DNA of 64,000 nt, taken from NCBI GenBank assembly GCA_964642155.1, contig CAZXNT010000003.1, positions 64,899-128,898 on the forward strand, given 5' to 3'. This DNA comes from an uncultured Candidatus Saccharibacteria bacterium (GTDB taxonomy: Bacteria; Patescibacteriota; Minisyncoccia; UBA6257; UBA9933). A program made the translations under genes and the position numbers. Every line of letters begins with the position of its first letter. Within the stretch, counting starts at the first letter, position 1. Positions 27,930-38,280 of this stretch are shown one piece after another. Below the pieces are notes generated by a model. The model had not been told where the DNA came from and did not search any database. It was given only the letters and a program-made list of their open reading frames with translations.

Positions 27930-28083
27930 TAAAAAAGACATAAGAAAAAATAAGAACATAAAAATATAAGGGGAAAATAAAAAAAAGAAATGAAAGGGGG
28001 GAATAAAATAAAGGAAATAAAATAAAGAATAAAATAAAAAAGATAAAAATAAAAAATGAAGAAAGTGAAAAATAAAAATAAAT

Positions 28084-28109
28084 TTCCTGCTCTCCCCATG
28101 GAGAGCAGA
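28084..28109. promoter_or_regulatory. palindrome TCCTGCTCTCC-ccat-GGAGAGCAGaA
   Basis: One mismatch. Confidence 0.45.
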
Positions 28110-28217
28110 ATAGAATATAATATAAAGAAAACACAAAAGGTCGACCTTAATAATTAATGATAAAAAATAATAAAAATTAAAATTTAATTCATTTATAATT
28201 TATAATGATATAATTTT

Positions 28218-28745
28218 ATGATTAATTTATTTATGAAACATCTTTCTTCTGAAAATTCCATAAAACAACTCCCAGAATTTAAATCAAGAAAAGAATGGCA
28301 AGAATACATTTGGCAAGAATTTATAAAAAAACTTTACAAAGCAAAATCGGCAAAACAAACGCAAGAATATCTGGAAAGTTTTTTAAGCGCGAGAGAGCGA
28401 GATTTAATTATTAAACGAATAATTGCCACTGCCTTAATCAGCCAAGGTAAAAAATACAGAGAAATAGGAGAAATTTTATGGCTATCCCATAACACAATTA
28501 GCGCCATTAAAAAGGGTCTTTTAAAAAAGACTATTTATCACGGATATAAATATTATCGCGTTCAAAAATTAAAAAACGGCCCTGATAATAAAAATTCACT
28601 TAAAATAACGATTGATAATTTAGGAGAGGCGACTTTGGATTTTGTAAATTGGCTTTCTCGATTACCGATTTCACCGGCAGCGATTAAATATGGAAAACTC
28701 TTTAATTCATATGAGCAAGATAAGGCAAAATATAGTAAAAAATAA
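28218..28745 (+). CDS. TrpR/YerC-like HTH regulator (paralog 2)
   Basis: SRKEWQEYIWQEF... and HTH EIGEILWLSHNTISAIKKG. Paralog of 13930..14454. Confidence 0.55.
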   Translation: MINLFMKHLSSENSIKQLPEFKSRKEWQEYIWQEFIKKLYKAKSAKQTQEYLESFLSARERDLIIKRIIATALISQGKKYREIGEILWLSHNTISAIKKGLLKKTIYHGYKYYRVQKLKNGPDNKNSLKITIDNLGEATLDFVNWLSRLPISPAAIKYGKLFNSYEQDKAKYSKK

Positions 28746-28798
28746 AAATAAATTAAAAATAAAATATTCTTGAACTTAAATACTGCTTTGATTAATTT

Positions 28799-28830
28799 TA
28801 TCCTTGCTCTCCCTGGGGAGAGCAAGGATT
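28799..28830. promoter_or_regulatory. palindrome ATCCTTGCTCTCC-ctgg-GGAGAGCAAGGAT (possibly also terminator)
   Basis: 14-bp perfect arms followed by TTTTT. Confidence 0.5.
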
Positions 28831-28920
28831 TTTAAAAAAGATAATTACCATAAAATATAATTACTATAATTTAATACAAATAGTCACTATTTGATTCTCC
28901 TATCTGCGAACTCTAATTCC

Positions 28921-29346
28921 TCAAGGACAATTCAAATACCTTTTGCCTCCCCATTCCCAAGGGACGAAACTACCGCCGCCGACAGCGGAAAGAACCATAT
29001 TAATAATCATCCATGCGCCGAGCGCGATTAAAACTCCGACAATGGCGGATTGAATCATTTTTCTGCCTTGTGAAACTTTTTCCGTGGAATCGCCGGCAGT
29101 CATAATCGTCAATCCGCCCCAAACGATAAAAACAACGACCAAGGGAATGGCGATATTATAGAGAGCGAAATTAATAACATTTCCAATTAATATAATCAGA
29201 TCACAAAATTGACAACCTTTTCCGCCATGAGAATCCGGTCCGCAAGGAACCAAAGGATCAGCCGCTTGCGCGCTAACAACGGTAACTAGTAAATAGAAAA
29301 TAGTAACTAGTAAAATAATTTTGAATTTTGATTTTTGATTTTGCAT
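28921..29346 (-). CDS. T4SS-pilin-like protein (paralog 6)
   Basis: LTIMTAGDSTEKVSQG core. Signal peptide near-identical in style to 12723..13583. Confidence 0.5.
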   Translation of the reverse strand: MQNQKSKFKIILLVTIFYLLVTVVSAQAADPLVPCGPDSHGGKGCQFCDLIILIGNVINFALYNIAIPLVVVFIVWGGLTIMTAGDSTEKVSQGRKMIQSAIVGVLIALGAWMIINMVLSAVGGGSFVPWEWGGKRYLNCP

Positions 29347-29381
29347 AATTATTATCTTTTCAGCTTATCAGCTTTTAAGCT

Positions 29382-30683
29382 TTATAAACTATTCACTTCA
29401 TTTTCCGCTTGTTCCAACGCGCGGTCAACTGACAATCTGCCGCTTGATATTGATTCTATCATATTGGAAAAAATCCGCCTAACCGCGTCGCTATCCGGCT
29501 GAGGCCAAGATCTCGCGGTTAACGCCTGCTGGCCAAAAACTCCCAAATCCAAATCATTAAGATATTTTTGAATTAAGCTCCTTAAAGCCGGCGGTCTTTT
29601 TGATTCTTGAATATATTTTTCGGCAACGGACAAATCGGTAGTAAAATACATAATAAAATTCCAGGCAATTTCCGGATTGCGGCTTTGATTAGAAACCGCC
29701 AAGCCCCAATAATCGGCGTAATTTATCGGCTGGTTCGTCCCGGCTGATTGAATCATCGGCGCCACCGCCAAATTCAAAAACGGATTTTTCGCTTTAATAG
29801 CGGAAATTGCGGATTGATAATTGAAAATCGCCGCCACTGTTCCCTGGCTAAAACTATCCAAAGAATCGCGGAAATTGTCATTCCAAGTATAAACGGAATT
29901 GCCGGGATTGCTGAATTGAAGATAAAAATTCAACGATTTATCTCCGCCGTTTCTCGCAAAATCAATACTTCCCGCCTGGTCAATCATTTTCATTCCCGAT
30001 TGAAGCATTATTAAACTCAAAAGGTCTGTTGCCTTATTAATGCTTTTTTCCGAACCGCCGATGGCGGCCGCGGCTTTGACAACTTTATTGCCAAAATCCA
30101 ACTCCCTTAATCGCGGAATAACATATTGAAATTCGTTCCAATTTTTCGGCACCACTGCCACACCCTTGGCGTCAAAAAAATCTTTATTATAAAGAAAAGC
30201 CAAAGTATCAATGTAAATCGGCAAAGCGTAAATTCCGTTGCTTCCGGAAAAATCCGCTTCCACCACTTGCGGAAATAGTTGCCTTAACTGCGTTATGGAA
30301 AATCCGCTCACTGCCGGCAATGGCGATAATCTGCTTGCATGTTTCGTCAACCAAGTATTATGGAGCATTAAAATATCCGGCGCTTGGCCGCTAGCCATGG
30401 CATTAACCAATCTCTTTTCATAATCGCTCTCGCTAAATTGCGTGTAAGCTATTCTTGCCGCTTTATTGACTTGCGAATAAGAATCAATAATCGGCCGAAT
30501 GAATTGTTCATCTTCCACTCCCCAAAAAGTTATTTCTGTTTGCTGTTCATTGCCGATTGCGCCAAGGCCGGGACCGCCGCCTTGTTTTCTCCCCGGCAAA
30601 ACGCCGATAAAGATTAAAACAATAATTATAACGACCAGCGCCGCCCCGAAAATTATTATTATTTGATTTTTGGTTAAGTTCAT
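29382..30683 (-). CDS. extracellular solute-binding protein (ABC SBP family 1), membrane-anchored
   Basis: N-terminal TM anchor, SBP_bac_1-like fold, 433 aa. No adjacent permease. Confidence 0.65.
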   Translation of the reverse strand: MNLTKNQIIIIFGAALVVIIIVLIFIGVLPGRKQGGGPGLGAIGNEQQTEITFWGVEDEQFIRPIIDSYSQVNKAARIAYTQFSESDYEKRLVNAMASGQAPDILMLHNTWLTKHASRLSPLPAVSGFSITQLRQLFPQVVEADFSGSNGIYALPIYIDTLAFLYNKDFFDAKGVAVVPKNWNEFQYVIPRLRELDFGNKVVKAAAAIGGSEKSINKATDLLSLIMLQSGMKMIDQAGSIDFARNGGDKSLNFYLQFSNPGNSVYTWNDNFRDSLDSFSQGTVAAIFNYQSAISAIKAKNPFLNLAVAPMIQSAGTNQPINYADYWGLAVSNQSRNPEIAWNFIMYFTTDLSVAEKYIQESKRPPALRSLIQKYLNDLDLGVFGQQALTARSWPQPDSDAVRRIFSNMIESISSGRLSVDRALEQAENEVNSL

Positions 30684-33097
30684 AATATTACCACTCCCAT
30701 TACTTTGTCTTTTTCTTTTAATCTCATGATTTTTACTCCACTGGTGGCGCGGCCGGCTGTTCTGATGGCGGAAATTTTCGTTCTGATTATCTGGCCCTTT
30801 GACGAAAGCGCCAACAATTCTTCCTCTTCGCCGATAATCTGAATTGCGACTATAAAACCGGTTTTGGCGGTGATTTTCGCGGCTTTAATTCCGGAACCGC
30901 CACGGCTCTGAATTCTATATTCTTTCAGCGACGTCTGTTTTGCAAACCCGTTTTCCGTCACCACCAACAATTTCTTACTTTCTTTTATTATATCAAGTCC
31001 TGCCACAAAATCACCACTCTTTAATCTAATTGCCGAAACTCCGGCCGCTCCTCTTCCCATTGACCGCAATTGAGATTCTTTAAATCTTATCGCTTGCCCC
31101 TTGGCAGTCGCCAGAATTATCTCGTCTTTCCCCGATGAAAGTTTTACCCATTTCAACGCATCGCCTTGTTTCAAGCCAATGGCAATAATGCCTGTCCGCC
31201 TCACGCTTTCAAATTCTTCCAGCGCCGTTTTTTTGATAACGCCTTTTTTCGTCACCATCACCAAAAAATCTTTTGACCCGTGCGGATAATTTACGATCGC
31301 GTTCACGTTTTCGTCCGACGGAATTTCAAGAAAATTTTGTACCAGTTTTCCTTTTGACGTTCGTGTCCCAACGGGAATTTCATAAACTTTTGTCTGGAAA
31401 GCGCGGCCCTTGTCCGTAAAGAACAAAATATTATCGTGAGTGCTGGCGGAAATAAAATGGCTCAAAAAATCTTCTTCGCCGACTTCGGAACCGATTAACC
31501 CCTTGCCGCCCCGTTTCTGCGATTTAAATGTTTGCGGTGGCATTCTTTTGATGTAGCCGTCAGCGGTCATCACAATAACCGTCTCTTCCAAGGAAACCAA
31601 ATCTTCTTCTTTAAATTCTTTGAGTCCGGAAGCGACAATTTGCGTACGGCGGTCACCTTTATATTTTTCTTTAAGCTCCGTTAATTCGTCCTTAATGATT
31701 TTTAAAATCTTTTGCGGGCTTTTAAGCAAAATTTCCAGTTCTTTTATCAATTTCATTTTTTCCGTTAATTCGTCTTCTATTTTTTTTCTTTCCAAAGCCG
31801 CCAAAGTGGCAAGCTTCATATCAAGAATCGCGTTTGCCTGAATTTCCGTAAGTTTGAATTTTTTAATCAAATTTTCCCGCGCCTCGTCGCGGTCTTTTGA
31901 TTTTTTGATTGTTTCAATTATTTTATCAATAACGGACAACGCTTTCGCCAATCCCTCTAAAATATGGGCGCGTTCTTTGGCTTTTTTTAATTCAAATTCC
32001 ACGCGACGGCGAACCACCTCCTTGCGATGTTCAATATAAAATTCCAAAATGTCTTTAAGCGACATTGTCTGCGGCTGAATACCGCCGGCCAACGCAATCA
32101 TATTAAGATTGAAATTTTTTTGAAGGTCGGTGTATTTAAAAAGCTGGTTCAAAATTTTCTGCGCCGAAACATCTGATTTCAATTCAACAACAATCCTCAT
32201 TCCTTCGCGATCGCTTTCGTCGCGCAAATCCTTAATCCCTTCTACTTTCTTTTCCTGAACCAAACTCGCGATTTTTATAATCAATTCCGATTTGTTCACC
32301 TGATAAGGAATTTCCGTGATAATAATGTTTAATTGATTTTTGCCACGCTCCTGAATTTCGGCTTTTGCCCTCACGGTGATGGGCCCGCGTCCGCTGGAAT
32401 AAGCGTCCGCAATCGCTTTTTTATCGTAAATAATTCCTCCTGTTGGAAAATCCGGACCTTTGATAAAATTCAAAATATTTTCTGCCGCTACCTTAGGATT
32501 GTCTATTAAATGAAGAACTGCATCAATCACTTCGTGCAGATTGTGCGGCGGAATGCTAGTCGCCATACCTACGGCAATTCCAGAAGTTCCGTTTAAAAGA
32601 AGATGGGGCAATTTAGCCGGCAAAACTTTCGGCTCCTGAACACTGCTGTCGTAATTCGGCTGCCAATCAACGGTTTCTTTTTCAATATCATATAAAAGTT
32701 CTTCGGAAATTTTTGACAAACGACACTCTGTGTAACGCATCGCCGCTTGATTATCGCCGTCAATGCTACCCCAATTTCCCTGTCCGTCAATTAACGGATA
32801 ACGCAAAGAAAAATCCTGCGCCATTCTTGCCATTGCGTCATAAACCGAAAGATCGCCGTGTGGATGGTATGATTTCAAAACTTCGCCGACAACCGCCGCC
32901 GATTTTCTGTATTTCACGCCGGCTTTTAATCCAGTTTCCCACATCGCCCAGAGGATTCTTCTTTGTACCGGCTTCAAACCGTCGCGAACATCCGGCAAGG
33001 CGCGGCTCACAATAACGGACATCGCGTAATCCAAATAAGATTCTTTTAATTCTTCCGTTATTTCCCTATTTTCAATTTTACCTATTTGTTTTTCCAT
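30680..33097 (-). CDS. gyrA: DNA gyrase subunit A
   Basis: Active-site region and GyrA box, 805 aa, C-terminal beta-pinwheel repeats. Confidence 0.95.
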   Translation of the reverse strand: MEKQIGKIENREITEELKESYLDYAMSVIVSRALPDVRDGLKPVQRRILWAMWETGLKAGVKYRKSAAVVGEVLKSYHPHGDLSVYDAMARMAQDFSLRYPLIDGQGNWGSIDGDNQAAMRYTECRLSKISEELLYDIEKETVDWQPNYDSSVQEPKVLPAKLPHLLLNGTSGIAVGMATSIPPHNLHEVIDAVLHLIDNPKVAAENILNFIKGPDFPTGGIIYDKKAIADAYSSGRGPITVRAKAEIQERGKNQLNIIITEIPYQVNKSELIIKIASLVQEKKVEGIKDLRDESDREGMRIVVELKSDVSAQKILNQLFKYTDLQKNFNLNMIALAGGIQPQTMSLKDILEFYIEHRKEVVRRRVEFELKKAKERAHILEGLAKALSVIDKIIETIKKSKDRDEARENLIKKFKLTEIQANAILDMKLATLAALERKKIEDELTEKMKLIKELEILLKSPQKILKIIKDELTELKEKYKGDRRTQIVASGLKEFKEEDLVSLEETVIVMTADGYIKRMPPQTFKSQKRGGKGLIGSEVGEEDFLSHFISASTHDNILFFTDKGRAFQTKVYEIPVGTRTSKGKLVQNFLEIPSDENVNAIVNYPHGSKDFLVMVTKKGVIKKTALEEFESVRRTGIIAIGLKQGDALKWVKLSSGKDEIILATAKGQAIRFKESQLRSMGRGAAGVSAIRLKSGDFVAGLDIIKESKKLLVVTENGFAKQTSLKEYRIQSRGGSGIKAAKITAKTGFIVAIQIIGEEEELLALSSKGQIIRTKISAIRTAGRATSGVKIMRLKEKDKVMGVVIL

Positions 33098-33139
33098 AAA
33101 ATATTCGCATTATTTAATATTAATTCGCATTATTCGCGA

Positions 33140-33439
33140 TTACTTCTCCACTTCAATAAACATTTTTCCTATTGCCTGGCTGTATAAATTTTTAACTTCT
33201 TCCCAACCAGACCCGCTCACTGAGTTTAATCCTGTTTTAAAAACCTGCCAAAATGAAGTTTCTTCCGATGGTTCAATTTTATCCGTTTTATTTTCTCCGA
33301 TCGGGGAATTTAAAAAAAACAGCCAAATTGCCACAATAATTGCCATTGAAACAACGCTCATTAAAACAAGCCATCTTTTTTTAATTTGTTCATCCGATTC
33401 CTGAATTTTGTTTAATTTATTTTTTAAGCTTTCAAACAT
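33140..33439 (-). CDS. small membrane protein (hypothetical)
   Basis: Single TM, 99 aa. Confidence 0.35.
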   Translation of the reverse strand: MFESLKNKLNKIQESDEQIKKRWLVLMSVVSMAIIVAIWLFFLNSPIGENKTDKIEPSEETSFWQVFKTGLNSVSGSGWEEVKNLYSQAIGKMFIEVEK

Positions 33440-34059
33440 ATGACTTTCGTTTTCTTAATCTCCGCCAAATCTTTCTTTTTGACGGTTAATTTTTCCTGCG
33501 TTTCGGCCTTATATCCCCCTTCTTCAAGAAAAATTTTCAAATCAGCGGACGGCCTCTTTAATCCGGAAATTTTAAAGAAAGACGGAATAACTATTTTTGG
33601 CGCTATTTGTTTGATTAATTTTACAGCCGCTTTTTGCTCAATAAACGGCTTGCCGCCGGCGGGAATAAACAAAACGTCAATTTCTTCTAGATGCTCGGCA
33701 ATATCCGTCGCTAATGCTTCAGAAACATGTCCCAAAAAACACATTTTAATTCCCTCAATTTCAACCAAATAAATCGTCTTGATAAATTCATCCGTTGATT
33801 CATTTGCCAGTCCGTAACCGGAAATAACAATATTTTTAATGTCGTATTCTCCGGGACCGATTATTTTAAATCCCTCTCCATCAACGTTTCTTAAAAATCC
33901 GGATTCAACCTCTTCGCTTGAAACTAAAGTTTTTAACAGAATGTCAAACTTAAAACGCGGCGGGGTTAAACCGCTTTGAGGAGACGGTGGGTCAATTAAA
34001 ACAACCGCTTCTCCGCTTTGAATTTTAAAACAGCCTTCGCCGTAAAAAGAAATAACCAT
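33424..34059 (-). CDS. metallo-beta-lactamase-fold protein
   Basis: MBL-like N-terminus (VVLIDPP) but no clear HxHxDH motif. Confidence 0.45.
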   Translation of the reverse strand: MVISFYGEGCFKIQSGEAVVLIDPPSPQSGLTPPRFKFDILLKTLVSSEEVESGFLRNVDGEGFKIIGPGEYDIKNIVISGYGLANESTDEFIKTIYLVEIEGIKMCFLGHVSEALATDIAEHLEEIDVLFIPAGGKPFIEQKAAVKLIKQIAPKIVIPSFFKISGLKRPSADLKIFLEEGGYKAETQEKLTVKKKDLAEIKKTKVICLKA

Positions 34060-34130
34060 AATTGATTTTTAATAATATCACTATTGCCCTTGATTTTCAA
34101 TATGCGATAGTTTATTATTCACAAATTATT

Positions 34131-35258
34131 ATGGATACAGTGCAAACAGTGAACAATAATAAAGATATTTTAGCGCAGATTATTAAAAATGAGCCGGAGC
34201 TTATTTCATTTTTAAAAGAAGGCGACTTGATAGAAGCCGAATTATTGGAGAAAACTCCGAAAGCAGCCTATTTTGATTTGGGAAAATTCGGCACCGGAAT
34301 CGTTCTCGGCGCCGAACTTAACAACGCGAAAGACGTTTTTAAAAATCTTGATAAGGGTGGGAAAACAAACGCCAAAGTTTTAGTCCCTGAAAATGACGAG
34401 GGATTTATTGAGCTTTCATTGGCTGATGCCCATAAACAAAAAGGCTGGCAGGAATTAAAAAATATTATGGAAAGCGACGAAGTTTTAACGATTAAAATAA
34501 TCGGCGCCAACAGCGGCGGCCTTATCGCCAATATAAATGACATCAAAGCTTTTATGCCGGTTTCCCAATTAAGCAATAAAAATTATCCGCGCATTGAAAC
34601 AAAAGAAGACGGCGAAAATGGCCAGCAAAAGAACGAAATTCTCAAAGAATTGAGAAAATTGGTCGGACAAGAATTGAAAATAAAAATCATTGACCTTAAC
34701 CCGCGAACCAATAAGCTGATTATTTCCGAAAAAGCTTCTGAAGAAGAAGATATTAAAAAATTGCTTGAAAATTACAAGGTGGGCGACGTTGTTGAAGGAA
34801 TTGTTTCCGGCGTTGCCGATTTCGGCGCGTTTATCCGTTTTATTGATAACCCGTCAATTGAAGGATTTGTGCATATTTCCGAATTTGACCACAAAATAAT
34901 AGACAGCCCGAAAGAAATAGTGAAAATTGACGACGTGATAAAAGTGAAAATCATGGAAATAAAAAACAATCAAGTCAATCTTTCACTTAAGGCCCTAAAA
35001 GCAGACCCATGGATAAACGTTGAAGAAAAATTGAAAGAAAATCAGGAAATTAAAGGGGTTGTCAGTAAATTCAGCCAGTTTGGCGCGCTTGTAAATCTGG
35101 AAAATGATTTGCAGGGAGCGATCCACGTTTCCGAATTTGGAAGCTTGGAAGAAATGAAAAAACAAATTGAAATCGGCAAATCGTATGATTTTATTGTCGC
35201 CTCAATTAAGCCGCAAGAAAAAAGAATACTCCTTAAATTAAAGAATTTAGAATCATAA
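34131..35258 (+). CDS. rpsA: 30S ribosomal protein S1 (four S1 domains)
   Basis: Repeated S1 RNA-binding domains. Start set at MDTVQT. Confidence 0.75.
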   Translation: MDTVQTVNNNKDILAQIIKNEPELISFLKEGDLIEAELLEKTPKAAYFDLGKFGTGIVLGAELNNAKDVFKNLDKGGKTNAKVLVPENDEGFIELSLADAHKQKGWQELKNIMESDEVLTIKIIGANSGGLIANINDIKAFMPVSQLSNKNYPRIETKEDGENGQQKNEILKELRKLVGQELKIKIIDLNPRTNKLIISEKASEEEDIKKLLENYKVGDVVEGIVSGVADFGAFIRFIDNPSIEGFVHISEFDHKIIDSPKEIVKIDDVIKVKIMEIKNNQVNLSLKALKADPWINVEEKLKENQEIKGVVSKFSQFGALVNLENDLQGAIHVSEFGSLEEMKKQIEIGKSYDFIVASIKPQEKRILLKLKNLES

Positions 35259-35508
35259 CAGCTGTTTTTCAAAATTAGTTATCCACAGGCGCCGTATTGC
35301 TATTTTTTAATTTTGTCTTATAATCTTAAAGTGGTTCTCATTGCCGGAAAAGGCCGGCGGCCATAATCGCTGGAAAAAGCTGGCGAATATGAGCGAATAT
35401 AAATTTCTCCTCTTTAGCTAAAGGGAACCACTAAAACTCTGTTCTTTTAAATTTAAAATAAAAATAGTGGGGGCGATAAACAATTAAACCAGTTTGAGGA
35501 GGATTTAC

Positions 35509-35802
35509 ATGAAGAATAAGAAGTCTATACCCAATATAATGGTAATTGGGTATGTAAAGGTGGAGAAGAAATTATTACAAATAATTTTTCCGGAGGTGCC
35601 AAGAGGGGTAATGCGTCCCCTTCGCTCATTGATTAAATATAATCATGGTAGGGTGCACAGAAACGCGACAGGAGGTATTACGATTACAGCAGAAGATTCT
35701 TGTTGCGCTGAAGCCATATCCAGCCTAGCACTGGATATCGGAGATTTGGGAGTAGGTCTAAATGTAGACGCCGAAACCATACCAAGGTTAAAATTAAATT
35801 AA
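35509..35802 (+). CDS. doubtful small ORF inside GC-rich island (strong SD GAGGAGG)
   Basis: AGGAGG 6 nt upstream of ATG, but atypical composition. May instead be structured RNA. Confidence 0.2.
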   Translation: MKNKKSIPNIMVIGYVKVEKKLLQIIFPEVPRGVMRPLRSLIKYNHGRVHRNATGGITITAEDSCCAEAISSLALDIGDLGVGLNVDAETIPRLKLN

Positions 35803-35824
35803 GTATTCCCTCGCCCCCCACCCA

Positions 35825-35860
35825 ATATAGTTCGGCTCTCTGAGTCGAACTATATTTTTT
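35825..35860 (+). terminator. rho-independent terminator
   Basis: ATATAGTTCG-gctctctgagt-CGAACTATAT then TTTTTT. Confidence 0.55.
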
Positions 35861-35901
35861 ATAAATTGACATAGCGTTTTTTTAACAATACAATAAATCC
35901 T

Positions 35902-37740
35902 ATGAAAAGCTTTTCTAAAAACATTTTTTGGGCGATTATAGCGTTTTTAATAATAACGTTTCTTTTTTCACTCGCTTATCAAGAAAAAAAGGCGGAGGTT
36001 GTTTTAAGCCTTGACCAATTGGCGACAAAAATCAATTCTAATGAAATTTCCAAAATCGTTGTAAGCGCGAATAATTTGGATATTGAATTGGCAAACGGCG
36101 AAAAAACGACCGCTAAAAAAGAATTTGAATCGGGGTTATCTGAAACTCTGCGAAATTTCAACGTTGACGCCAGCGCGTTTAAAAAAGTAAATATAGAAAT
36201 CAAAGAAGAATCCGGCTGGAAATATTGGGCGAGTATTTTACTCCCCTCTCTTTTGCCGCTTTTAATCATTGGCTGGTTTTTATGGATGATGTTCAAACAA
36301 GCCGGACGCGGAATGAGCCAAGCGATGACTTTCGGCAAGGCCAATATCAAACTTTTTACTCAATTTAAAGACCGCGTCACTTTCAACGACATTGCGGGAC
36401 TAAAAGAAGCAAAACAAGAATTGATGGAAGTGGTGGACTTTCTGAAAAATCCGAAAAAATATCTTGATATCGGAGCAAAAATTCCGCGCGGAGTTTTATT
36501 ATATGGAGCTCCGGGAACGGGGAAAACTTTATTGGCGCGCGCGGTGGCCGGCGAAGCCAATGTTCCGTTTTTTCACATTTCCGGTTCGGAATTCGTGGAA
36601 ATGTTTGTCGGCGTAGGAGCCAGTCGCGTCCGGGATTTATTTGACACTGCCAAGAAAGCCGGACGGTCAATAATTTTCATTGATGAGATTGACGCCGTAG
36701 GCAGAGAAAGGGGAGCCGGATTGGGCGGCGGGCATGATGAAAGAGAACAAACTTTAAACCAAATTCTCGTTGAAATGGACGGTTTTGAAAAAAACGACAA
36801 ACGGATAGTTGTCGCCGCCACCAATAGACCGGACGTCTTAGATATAGCGCTGTTGCGACCGGGCCGTTTTGACCGCCGCGTTATTCTTGATTTACCGGAC
36901 ATCAACGACCGCGAAGAAATTCTAAAAATTCATGCCAAGGGAAAAATTCAGGCAAGTGATATTAATTTAAGAAAAATAGCCGAACGAACTCCGGGATTTT
37001 CCGGAGCTGATTTGGCAAATTTGCTGAATGAAGCCGCTCTGCTGGCCGCCAGAAAAAACCAAAAAGAAATAAAGCAATTTGATATTTTTGAATCAATTGA
37101 AAAAGTATTGCTCGGTCCGGAACGCCGTAGCCGAGTTTTTTCCAAAAAAGAAAAAGATATCACCTCTTTTCACGAAGCCGGCCACGCTTTAGTCGCCGCT
37201 TCGCTCAAAAACGCCGACCCTGTTCATAAAGTTTCCATCGTCGCCCGCGGCCGAGCCGGCGGCTACACTTTAAAACTGCCGCTTGAAGAAACATACCTCC
37301 GCACTAAATCGCAATTTATGACCGACTTGGCAATGATGCTCGGCGGATATATTGCTGAAAAATCTGTTTTTGGAGATGTTTCCACGGGCGCATCCAGCGA
37401 TTTACAAAGCGCTTCTTCTTTGACGCGCAAACTTATTACCAAATACGGAATGAGCGAAAAACTGGGGCCGATTACTTTCGGGAAAACAGATGGAATGGTT
37501 TTTCTTGGACGGGAAATCGCCACTGAAAAAAATTATTCCGAGGACGTGGCAAAACAAATAGACGAAGAAGTGAAAAATTTTATTGATAAAGCTTACAACG
37601 CAGCCGCAAAAATTATTACTTCGCGCAAAAAAGTTTTAAACGCCATAGCCAAAACGCTTATGGAAAAAGAAACCATTGAACGCGAAGAATTTGATAATTT
37701 AATAAAAAGCTTTAAACTTAAACTTGTTGAAATAAAATAA
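35902..37740 (+). CDS. ftsH: ATP-dependent zinc metalloprotease FtsH
   Basis: Walker A GPPGTGKT, SRH, HEAGHA zinc motif, 612 aa. Confidence 0.95.
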   Translation: MKSFSKNIFWAIIAFLIITFLFSLAYQEKKAEVVLSLDQLATKINSNEISKIVVSANNLDIELANGEKTTAKKEFESGLSETLRNFNVDASAFKKVNIEIKEESGWKYWASILLPSLLPLLIIGWFLWMMFKQAGRGMSQAMTFGKANIKLFTQFKDRVTFNDIAGLKEAKQELMEVVDFLKNPKKYLDIGAKIPRGVLLYGAPGTGKTLLARAVAGEANVPFFHISGSEFVEMFVGVGASRVRDLFDTAKKAGRSIIFIDEIDAVGRERGAGLGGGHDEREQTLNQILVEMDGFEKNDKRIVVAATNRPDVLDIALLRPGRFDRRVILDLPDINDREEILKIHAKGKIQASDINLRKIAERTPGFSGADLANLLNEAALLAARKNQKEIKQFDIFESIEKVLLGPERRSRVFSKKEKDITSFHEAGHALVAASLKNADPVHKVSIVARGRAGGYTLKLPLEETYLRTKSQFMTDLAMMLGGYIAEKSVFGDVSTGASSDLQSASSLTRKLITKYGMSEKLGPITFGKTDGMVFLGREIATEKNYSEDVAKQIDEEVKNFIDKAYNAAAKIITSRKKVLNAIAKTLMEKETIEREEFDNLIKSFKLKLVEIK

Positions 37741-37744
37741 ATTT

Positions 37745-37821
37745 GCGCCTGTAGCTCAGCTGGTTAGAGCATCGAGCTTATACCTCGAGGGTCCTTGGTT
37801 CGAGTCCAAGCAGGCGCACCA
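37745..37821 (+). tRNA. tRNA-Ile (anticodon UAU)
   Basis: Acceptor GCGCCTG/CAGGCGC, anticodon stem TCGAG/CTCGA, loop CTTATAC, T-arm CTTGG-TTCGAGT-CCAAG, encoded CCA. Confidence 0.8.
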
Positions 37822-38265
37822 CGTTGGAAATGTCAAAGATTCAGATGTCGCCTCGCTTCGCTCGGCGACCAAATCGTACGGATTTTTCGGGGCAAAAAGA
37901 AATTCCCGATTCCGTAAAATATGGTTCGAGCCGATGTTTTTCAGAAATGTTGTCATTTCGGAAAGATTTTCTGATTCAAGCAATTTAGCGGCTTGATTCA
38001 ATGATAAAACGAACTCACGAGCCGGTTCGAGCCAAGACAGACCTTTTTGCTCAAAGTCGGTGATTTTTTCGTTTAGCGCGACCTTTTGGGAAATGAGGAT
38101 GTCTTTTTTGGCGGCATATTCTTTTTGTGTAAGCGCGTCATCCAAATATACATCGAGCAATTTTTGGAGCTTCATCTCGATTTGCGATAATTGATTTTTC
38201 AGATTTATCACTTCGCCTTGTGCTTGTTCCTTTGCTTGCATTTCTTCTGCGTTTAGCGCCGCCAA
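37756..38265 (-). pseudogene. C-terminal (coiled-coil) part of large serine recombinase, in frame after a TAA; 3' end reads through IR-B/IR-A into tRNA-Ile
   Basis: Same frame as 38281..39285, separated by single TAA (38281-38283) plus 5 codons. Coiled-coil-rich sequence typical of large serine recombinase C-terminus. Confidence 0.5.
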
Positions 38266-38280
38266 AACTTTTTCAGTGTT

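Noticed and set aside
27842-28136. Three overlapping minus-strand ORFs (79-86 aa) rich in Phe/Leu/Tyr
   Set aside because: They are simply the complement of the A/G-rich tract, with extreme low complexity and no start context. They are not credible proteins.
34062-34130. Upstream extension of rpsA (MIFNNITIALDFQYAIVYYSQII)
   Set aside because: It looks like AT-rich promoter DNA (ttgccc...tatgcgatagtttat). The conserved S1 protein begins more plausibly at MDTVQT.
35467-35820. tmRNA or RNase P RNA in the GC-rich island
   Set aside because: 5'/3' complementarity exists (GGGGGCGA/TCGCCCCC, about 350 nt apart). But I could not find a tRNA-like T-arm (GTTCRANYC), an Ala-terminated tag ORF, or the universal P4 GGAAAGUCC. 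I left it as an unassigned candidate RNA.
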